Shown here piece by piece: positions 57,801 through 64,000 of a stretch of 64,000 nt of DNA (position 1 is its first letter; each line of letters opens with the position of its first letter). The notes below the pieces were generated by a model, which saw only the letters and a program-made list of their open reading frames with translations, ran no database searches and was not told the DNA's origin. The DNA is from an uncultured Methanospirillum sp. (GTDB lineage Archaea; Halobacteriota; Methanomicrobia; Methanomicrobiales; Methanospirillaceae). Position numbers and translations under genes: made by a program. The stretch covers positions 3,407,986-3,471,985 of the forward strand of contig OY764544.1 of NCBI GenBank assembly GCA_963668475.1, given 5' to 3'.

Positions 57801-58436
57801 GTCCGAAATACTAGAGATTAGCTGGGTCGGAATCTGTGCCACCGGGAGGATATAGGTTGCATACCCACTCTCTATGGCACTGGTGGGCATGCCATTGTAT
57901 TTGGCCTCATTTGGATCCTGAACAAAAGTTAGACCCCCACCTCCCTGAATTGCCCGCAGGCCAAGGGTACCATCTGTTCCGGTACCAGAGAGCACGACAC
58001 CAATGGCTTTATGACCAAGTTCATCAGCCAGGGATCTGAAAAACAGATCAACCTTCATACGCTGACCCTGGACGGTATCAGGCATACTGAGGTGAATCAT
58101 GGTGTGGTGGATTGTCATCATCCGGTTCGGTGGGATGATATAGACATGATCCGGCTTTATTTGCATCTGGTTTTCTGCTTCAAGAACCGGCATTTTTGTG
58201 ACCCTTCCGAGAATATCAGCAAGCATACTCTCGTGATCAGGATCAAGATGGGGAATCAGAATAAAAGCGGCACTACTGTCAATCGGAACGAGGCGAAGAA
58301 ATTGCTCGAAGGCTTCCAGACCTCCGGCTGATGCACCGATTCCAACAATTGGAAATGTGTTTATCCCGGTGGGGGATGCTGAAATAACACCTGATGCATC
58401 AACAGCAGACCGATCTGGGTTGGCTTTTTTTGGCAT
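54801..58436 (-). CDS. CheB methylesterase-CheR methyltransferase fusion with coiled coil, PAS domains and histidine kinase
   Basis: CheB triad GASAGG / PHL / SGTGTDG; CheR INVTSFFRD, WVPGCATGEEAYS, STDI, LSCRNLLIY; repeats of EELQSTNEEL; H-box LTRHDIINQ; ENAIRHG; DNGGGIP; TGIGLFL. Confidence 0.95.
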   Translation of the reverse strand: MPKKANPDRSAVDASGVISASPTGINTFPIVGIGASAGGLEAFEQFLRLVPIDSSAAFILIPHLDPDHESMLADILGRVTKMPVLEAENQMQIKPDHVYIIPPNRMMTIHHTMIHLSMPDTVQGQRMKVDLFFRSLADELGHKAIGVVLSGTGTDGTLGLRAIQGGGGLTFVQDPNEAKYNGMPTSAIESGYATYILPVAQIPTQLISSISDLFGPIPLSHPAIDETKEPDIKGAIIRILRIIRTRTGHDFSKYKKSTINRRIARRMSILAIEDISGYARYVEEHPDEVKILFREILINVTSFFRDPEAFGFLKTNVLPDLIRNKNEYESFRVWVPGCATGEEAYSLAIIIREVLEDLEKDCKVQIYSTDIAEDVIAVARKGFYPPNIAADISPERLKKYFIRQDAGFQINKDIREMVIYATQDLIKDPPFTRLDLLSCRNLLIYLESELQSRLIPAFHYALKPGGILFLSSSESIGGFQDLFKQINRKWRIYEASGIKNAGQILVETPLALRDVHPPIPNSDIHSGRMDASIVEQTRRELLQAYAPPSVVTDDTGTILYVHGDTGKFLRPAQGQATLSVVEMAREGLQLDLRTAIFTSKTQQTVVTCKNLQVRTNGGYETVNLEVRPITHSGTLHGNLIISFHLAEGSQEGSIQKEKLDTSHINPERVTELEQELLYTKENLQATIEEMQAANEELKSTNEELQSTNEELQSTNEELETSKEEIQSVNEEIMSVNAELQEKIIQLADIQSDMKNLLSSTGVGTIFLNIDLKVRWFTPEIVTLYKLVSSDVGRPLSDIKSLILNDTLLEEAGMVLDSLIPKEKEIQTIDNRWFLVRILPYRTLKNVIDGVVLSFIDINIRKRAEEESVRSQEYAENIIDTIREPLLILDNDLTVISVSHSYYQMFLTSPAETEGKNLIEIGSSQWSIPHLITLLHTIVPEKTSFEDVTVNVNIPGIGEKTLILNARCIWNKKGGQNLILLAMEDASELYRTKEAFHEANNKLKLLSSLTRHDIINQISVIQGTLYLLGEESDPDTFQKLLKTSNDACKRMEATIGFTKDYESFGTISSGWQLVSQIIDSAVTEINPEGVIIENHIPKNLEIYAEPILRKVFATLMENAIRHGKNLSRIHFFTREQDGRYIIICEDNGGGIPEDQKSLIFNHGYGKHTGIGLFLAQEILSITGLSIHECGVEGTGAKFEIMIPPGKFRTGKE

Positions 58437-58938
58437 TTTTTTCCCGGATCAGATCTCAAGTGATTGGAATGAAATAAGAACTGAAATGTGACATGAAATT
58501 ATTGTGCTTATATGGTAGTATGTTATATATCTGTTGTGTCTGTTCTGATGGTGAACAATGTATCATACGAATCGGGGTATGATTTAATTGGCGATTCAAT
58601 CAGATTTATGTTCGCTATAAACAGAATAGAACTATGAATATTTACCAATTCAGCCGGTTTTAGTGCTCTCCTATATCATTATTAACGCCCATTAAAAAAA
58701 GAAGCCTTCTTTCGAGCCAGTTTAAGGTAAAAGAACAAAAAATCAATGTTGGAAAGGCTCATTTCAAAATTTGTAAACTGGAACTATTTTTATATGGAGT
58801 AGGAATAAGAACAGGAATAGGTTCCTATCTGGACATTTCCCTTGTACCACTTGGATAAGATAAACACTCAACAGGTAGTGGGCTGATTTTAAATTGCTTC
58901 GATAAAACCCAGATAAGATACTGCTATGTGTCTGATCT

Positions 58939-61914
58939 GTGTTGAGTACTACACGAGGCAATAGAACCAAATCAGGATTCAACAATTCGACAGTTCCATA
59001 TCAATCAATTAGTACGGAATCAATCAGTATCGTACCATTCAAACTACAAATCTCCTCTCATGACTCAAGAAGAATGCAAACCAGGAAAGATACGATGAAA
59101 ACAGGGAATCCCGACGAGGGACATGGGGGTGGTTCACTTCAGGATATTGCTATCGAAAAGATCAACAACTCTTCAAAAATTCTGAATTCTCTACCTGAAA
59201 AGACATCGGAAGAACTGATGTATGATCTGCAGGTACATCACGTTGAATTAGAGATACAGGCTGAGGACCTCAGGCAGGCACATCTAACAATAGAGGAGTC
59301 CCGCGATAAGTACCTTGATCTTTATGATTTCGCTCCGGTTGGATATATTACACTCACACATATGGCAATAATCTCAGAGGCTAACCTTACTGCTGCAACT
59401 CTTCTCCGTGTCGACAGGAAAAAACTGATTCATTCCCGGTTCAGATCCTGGATAGATCCACAGGAGAGAGATATCTGGGATACGTATATGGTGAATCTGC
59501 TCCGATCAGATGCGAAACAAACCGTTACCTGCCTGTTCAGGCGTAGTGATGGAACTGTCTTTCCTGCGAGGCTGGAGGGCATTAACCTCACACAAAATTT
59601 TCATAATCAATCGATAAGGATAGCAATCAGTGATATTTCTGATCTTAAAAAGACAGAAGACGAGTTAAAGGAAAGTCAGGATCGTTTCAGGCTTGCGATA
59701 CAAAATGCTCATGTATCGGTAGCTATTCAGGATACGGACCTTGTTTTTCAGTGGGGATATAATCAGCAGATCATACAGAATGAAGAGATCAAAGGAAAGA
59801 AAGATACTGATCTTTTCACTCAGGAAGATGCACACCATCTGATAGACCTCAAACGCAGGGTTCTTGAAACCGGGGAAGAAGTCCATGAAAAAATGTGGAT
59901 GACCATTCAGGGGAAACGAATATTTCTTGAACTCAACCTACAACCCATCCATGACGAAAAAGGGTGTATCACCGGTATCGGCACCGCAACCCTTGACCTT
60001 ACTGAGCAAAAACTGATTGAAGATGCATTAAGGCACAGCGAAGAAAATCTTCAGCAGACTCAGGAGATACTGGAAGCGGTCACGAAAGGAACTGAGGTAC
60101 TCATCGCTGCACAAGACATACATTTTCGCTATATTTTTTTCAATCAAGCATATAAAGAGGAGATGAAGCGACGGACCGGGAAAGATCTGACATTAGGCTC
60201 CAGCATGATAGACTTGTTTGTAGAAGATCCGCATGGAAAAAATGTGACCGTGCAGGAATGGAGACAGGTGCTTCAGGGTGAAAATGTAAACAAGGAGGTG
60301 GAATTTGGAGAACCAGGTACGGAAAGAAGAGTCTATCATACCCTGTACACTCCCATTCGGGATGCCCTGGGATCTATCATCGGAGCCGGAGAAGTCGCGT
60401 ATGATGTCACCAACCAGGTGTTGATGGATGAAAAATTGCGGGAGACAAAGGATTATCTGGATAATCTCATTACCTCTGCCAGCGCTCCTATTATTGTCTG
60501 GGACCCGGATTTCAGAATAAGGCTATTCAACCGTGCATTCGAACAGTTAACCGGGAAACCGGCTCAGGAAGTTATCGGAAAACGACTTGAGATTCTGTTT
60601 CATGAGCGGTATCTTGCTTCGGTAATGAATCTCATCAAAAGAACGAAGGAAGGAGAACGGTGGGAAAGTGTTGAGATTCCAATTCTACATAAAAATGGTG
60701 AGAACAGAACCGTACTCTGGAATTCGGCATCTATTTTTGGTTCTGATGGAAAAACCCTCGTTTCAACAATCGCCCAGGGGCAGGATATCACCGATCGGAA
60801 AAAAATTGAATCTGAATTCAGACTCCGGGCTACCGAATATGAGAAACTGAATGAGACATTAAACGAGGAGATCAGGCAACGTATACGAACAGATACCACA
60901 CTAAAAAAAACTCTTTCTCTCCTGAATGCATCGCTTGAATCAACCGCAGATGGGATTTTTGTAATCGATCAAGAAGGAAAAATCTCGAGTTATAATCAGA
61001 ATTTTGCATCCATGTGGAATATTCCCCGGAGTATCCTGGAGTCCGGAGAAGCTCATAAAGTACTGGATGTAATACTACCACAAATTAAAACACCTGAAAA
61101 ATTTGCTGACACCATAACCAATTTTCATTCACATCCAACTCGTGAAAGTTTTGATATGATTGAATTTATCGACGGGAAGATCTTTGAACGTTATTCAAAA
61201 CCCCAAATTATCGGCGATGTTGTAGTTGGGAGGGTCTGGAGTTTTCGTGATATTACTGATCGAAAACGTGCAGAAAGAAAACTGGTAGCCTCATTACAGG
61301 AGAAAGAGGTTCTTCTTCGGGAGATCCATCACCGTGTCAAGAACAATCTCCAGTTGATATCTGGCCTTCTTGATATGACCCGGATGAGGACAGATGATGA
61401 TTCTATCTACAGTATTCTGACTGATATGATGCTCAAGATTCAGACCATGGCTCAGATCCATACCAGACTCTATGAAAGCAAGCAGTTTGGCAAGATCAAT
61501 ATCACAGATCAGATCCGGGATCAGTCAAAAGCATTATCTAATATATATTCCAATGAAGGGCATGAGATAACCTGCGAAATTCAGCCGAATGAAATTTTTC
61601 TTCCGGTAGATCTGGCACTTCCCTGTGCCCTGGTTGTAAACGAGATTCTCTCGAATGCGTATAAACACGCATTTATCGGAAGAGAGACGGGCACAATTGA
61701 CATAGCGGTGGAAGAGAAGGATGGAAGCATCAGGATTTCGATACGTGACAATGGAATCGGGATACCAGATCCAGAAGAGATCAGTCGTTCAAACAGTCTC
61801 GGGGTGAAGTTAATCAGGACTCTGGTTCAGCATCAGCTCAAGGGTTCCCTGATTATTACAAGTGTTCAGGGAACGCATGTACTGGTAGAATTCCCGTATC
61901 TCGCAAAGGAATAA
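58939..61914 (+). CDS. Cytoplasmic 5xPAS histidine kinase, HisKA_2 type; true start probably 59074 or 59095
   Basis: DLQVH.VELE.Q.E.LR coiled coil, YDFAPVGY.TL PAS; H-box LLREIHHRVKNNLQ; NEILSNAYKHAF; DNGIG; SLG..LI..LV. Confidence 0.93.
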   Translation: MLSTTRGNRTKSGFNNSTVPYQSISTESISIVPFKLQISSHDSRRMQTRKDTMKTGNPDEGHGGGSLQDIAIEKINNSSKILNSLPEKTSEELMYDLQVHHVELEIQAEDLRQAHLTIEESRDKYLDLYDFAPVGYITLTHMAIISEANLTAATLLRVDRKKLIHSRFRSWIDPQERDIWDTYMVNLLRSDAKQTVTCLFRRSDGTVFPARLEGINLTQNFHNQSIRIAISDISDLKKTEDELKESQDRFRLAIQNAHVSVAIQDTDLVFQWGYNQQIIQNEEIKGKKDTDLFTQEDAHHLIDLKRRVLETGEEVHEKMWMTIQGKRIFLELNLQPIHDEKGCITGIGTATLDLTEQKLIEDALRHSEENLQQTQEILEAVTKGTEVLIAAQDIHFRYIFFNQAYKEEMKRRTGKDLTLGSSMIDLFVEDPHGKNVTVQEWRQVLQGENVNKEVEFGEPGTERRVYHTLYTPIRDALGSIIGAGEVAYDVTNQVLMDEKLRETKDYLDNLITSASAPIIVWDPDFRIRLFNRAFEQLTGKPAQEVIGKRLEILFHERYLASVMNLIKRTKEGERWESVEIPILHKNGENRTVLWNSASIFGSDGKTLVSTIAQGQDITDRKKIESEFRLRATEYEKLNETLNEEIRQRIRTDTTLKKTLSLLNASLESTADGIFVIDQEGKISSYNQNFASMWNIPRSILESGEAHKVLDVILPQIKTPEKFADTITNFHSHPTRESFDMIEFIDGKIFERYSKPQIIGDVVVGRVWSFRDITDRKRAERKLVASLQEKEVLLREIHHRVKNNLQLISGLLDMTRMRTDDDSIYSILTDMMLKIQTMAQIHTRLYESKQFGKINITDQIRDQSKALSNIYSNEGHEITCEIQPNEIFLPVDLALPCALVVNEILSNAYKHAFIGRETGTIDIAVEEKDGSIRISIRDNGIGIPDPEEISRSNSLGVKLIRTLVQHQLKGSLIITSVQGTHVLVEFPYLAKE

Positions 61915-63273
61915 TTGCCCATGTCAAAAATTCTCATTGTTGATGATGAAGCGATCATCACCATGCAACTTGAAGAGCGCCTTAGTGCAATGGGATATGA
62001 TGTGGCGGGTATGGCTGCCTCTGGTGAAGAGAGCATCGAGAAAGCGAGACGGTTGGGACCCGATCTTATTTTGATGGATATCGTGATGCCTGGAAAGATG
62101 AATGGCATTGATGCAGCAAAAATCATTACCACTGAATTACATATCCCTGTTGTTTTTATCACTGCATATGCAGATGATGCCATCATCGCGAAAGCAAAGA
62201 GCGTACGACCCTATGGATATATTGTCAAGCCCTTCAACGAACTGGAGATAAAAGCTGCTATTGAAGTAGCATTATTTCGCAGATCAGCAGAGCAGGAAGA
62301 AGAGAGATCAATCAAATCGATTCACCGGACAATTCCTTCATCGTCTGATTCTGACCATATTGATGGAGATGATCTGACCTATCTGGATCAACCAGAGATA
62401 AAAACCGTGTTACTGGAAGATATTTTTACTGATATCATGCTCTTTCTGTATACGGATCAGGCTGAGAAAGATCCCATCTTTAAATTCGCATTAGAGGAAG
62501 GGATAAAGAAAGGTGGACGCAATCTGTTTGCATACTCACATTCAACACTTCAGAAATACTTTCCCAAAGAGATTCAAAGTCACAAACTTTACATTCACCG
62601 GATAAAAACCAACGAACTCTATACACTACCACCTGTTTTGGAAAAATGCACCGATTCGCTTCTCTATGAAGGCTCAAAAGAATCACTCCACATACTGATT
62701 GATTTTTCAGAAACCGAAGAATTTGATGATATTATTGCCATTAAAAATCTGCTTCTTGATAAAAAGAAGAGTGGAACCCTCATATCAGGGATGTTCGCCC
62801 TTAATATCGGGAAAATTGATCATACGCTGATAAAAATTCTCGCAGAAGGGATCTCCAGAATCATTGTATCTACTGGCAAAGAGACTACCCTTTCATTTGC
62901 CCACCATACCTATCCGGTTGATTCTCTATCAGTTGTCCCCCAATCTACTATTGATGATGTAGTAAAAAAATTACTTGAGCCTGTAGTCCTTTCTCTTCTG
63001 GATAAGCCTGTGTCAGGATTTGATATTGTTCATGAGATTCATAACAGGTATCAGGTTTTAATTCCTCAGGCACGGGTGTACACCCTCCTCCATGACCTGC
63101 TTGAGAATGGCCATCTTGAGATACGGATCTCAGGAAAATCAAAGTTATATTGTCCAACTCAGAAAGGAAAAATCCACATCAGTCAGAAACTTAATGATTT
63201 TAAAAAAGTATTTGAGCATATATTGGGTGAAGAAAGGGAATTACCCACAAATAACACAGATTCAAGGATGTAA
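61915..63273 (+). CDS. Response regulator: REC, MEDS/KaiC-like central domain and PadR-type winged HTH (ATG at 61921)
   Basis: REC IVDDE, DLILMDIVMPG, FITAY and KPF; C-terminal LEPVVLSLL..PVSGFDIV.EI..RY.VLI.Q.RVY.LL..L..NG.L......KSKLY..T.KG; starts directly after the kinase stop. Confidence 0.88.
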   Translation: MPMSKILIVDDEAIITMQLEERLSAMGYDVAGMAASGEESIEKARRLGPDLILMDIVMPGKMNGIDAAKIITTELHIPVVFITAYADDAIIAKAKSVRPYGYIVKPFNELEIKAAIEVALFRRSAEQEEERSIKSIHRTIPSSSDSDHIDGDDLTYLDQPEIKTVLLEDIFTDIMLFLYTDQAEKDPIFKFALEEGIKKGGRNLFAYSHSTLQKYFPKEIQSHKLYIHRIKTNELYTLPPVLEKCTDSLLYEGSKESLHILIDFSETEEFDDIIAIKNLLLDKKKSGTLISGMFALNIGKIDHTLIKILAEGISRIIVSTGKETTLSFAHHTYPVDSLSVVPQSTIDDVVKKLLEPVVLSLLDKPVSGFDIVHEIHNRYQVLIPQARVYTLLHDLLENGHLEIRISGKSKLYCPTQKGKIHISQKLNDFKKVFEHILGEERELPTNNTDSRM

Positions 63274-63822
63274 CGAACATCCTATTCTCACCAGATTCAT
63301 CGAAAAGACTCCACACTTATAGTATCAGGACCAGATCCTGCTTTTCATCGTTCATTGATGAATCAAAAAATGAAACAAGATTTGTATCATGTAGTCAGGT
63401 TTATCCCGTTTCATATAATGGATATAAATGGGTACAAGGATACCTGCAAGAGGAGAACCTTCCCCATTGAGGAAATACAAACCTTGTCTGACCATGCGAA
63501 ACTGACATATCAATCCTACATTATGTCATACTCAAAAAGCAGTAGAAAGATCTCAACTTACATATATGAGATTTTCTTTTACATTCACCCGGATATCCAT
63601 GATACGATATCAGGAAGTAACCAGCATGTTCAGATCAGCATGTGAGTACTTCATTGCCATTTCCCCGGGTAATGTGTTACATACCTGTTTCAATTGGGTA
63701 GTTCTCCTCCTGTTTGTTATATAATCGGCAATTAATCCTGGACTAAACTGACGTGAATTAAAATGTACAGCATGATACCGACTGTTTGATGTTGGTGCAG
63801 AATACCGGAAAATTTGGAACAT

Positions 63823-64000
63823 ATGAAGTCATTCAACATAACCGAGCCCTCTACGAGACTCATAGATGAAGAAACATCTGTTCGGATCCTTACGATTCTG
63901 CCTGATATCGACGAAGAAAAGATCAGGATTGATCTTGAAAATAATGCATCACTTGTTACCATAACGGCATCAGGTGCCAGAGTTCAGTATCAGAAAACAA
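63823..64000 (+). CDS. Hsp20/alpha-crystallin-like protein, 5' part (runs out of the window)
   Basis: EP....IDEE..VRI...LP.IDEEKI.I.LE.....VTITA.......Y.K matches the small heat-shock protein beta-sandwich start. Confidence 0.65.
   Translation, partial: MKSFNITEPSTRLIDEETSVRILTILPDIDEEKIRIDLENNASLVTITASGARVQYQKT

Noticed and set aside
63355-63645. 96-aa ORF between the response regulator and the Hsp20-like gene
   Set aside because: It has no motif, no clear RBS and atypical composition, so it may be non-coding.
579-63962. Many short ORF-track entries overlapping longer genes on the opposite strand or in another frame (e.g. 787..1107, 6227..6442, 9208..9615, 13939..14421, 27316..27642, 42310..42699, 50635..51084)
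   Set aside because: They are shadow ORFs of well-supported genes and have no motifs or RBS of their own.
1-64000. CRISPR array, rRNA genes, additional tRNAs
   Set aside because: No regularly spaced 25-40-bp direct repeats with unique spacers, no rRNA-like sequence, and only one cloverleaf were seen.

Overview
Archaeal DNA, most likely a Methanomicrobiales methanogen of the Methanospirillum type. This is inferred from the group II chaperonin, the many histidine kinases with the L-L-S-S-I-T-R-H-D-I-type H-box typical of this order, and GGAGG/GGTGA ribosome-binding sites. It is mainly an accessory region rich in signalling genes, secreted proteins and transporters. From left to right: (1) a partial histidine kinase, a HAD hydrolase, an RHH/Xis-like protein and tRNA-Val(TAC), followed by an AT-rich decaying island (DUF2971, broken MNT-HEPN pair, TPR protein); (2) two inverted secreted type-B carboxylesterase paralogs around a secreted metallophosphoesterase; (3) a META lipoprotein, UspA, a REC-5xPAS-GAF kinase, an APC permease and HTH-PAS regulators; (4) a 1-kb relic of a plasmid/virus-like element whose broken gene carries seven exact TCGCGGAA copies, in both orientations, around an AT-rich patch (origin-like); (5) a uracil permease, a MarR-DUF169 operon with a visible operator, an Imm5-like protein and an MCP; (6) a secreted-protein/membrane-tethered wHTH cluster with a duplicated 95-bp structured leader; (7) a thermosome and a full-length 2928-aa cyclic beta-1,2-glucan synthase (Cgs/NdvB) homolog, with an IS5 element inserted exactly in its stop codon; (8) PsiE, a CheB-CheR-PAS-kinase fusion, a 5xPAS HisKA_2 kinase, a REC-(MEDS/KaiC-like)-PadR regulator and a partial Hsp20-like gene. 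The best candidates for undescribed biology are the archaeal cyclic-glucan synthase with its signalling and chaperone neighbourhood, the origin-like array inside a coding sequence, and the duplicated structured leader. All family calls come from motif recognition by eye; no database search was run.
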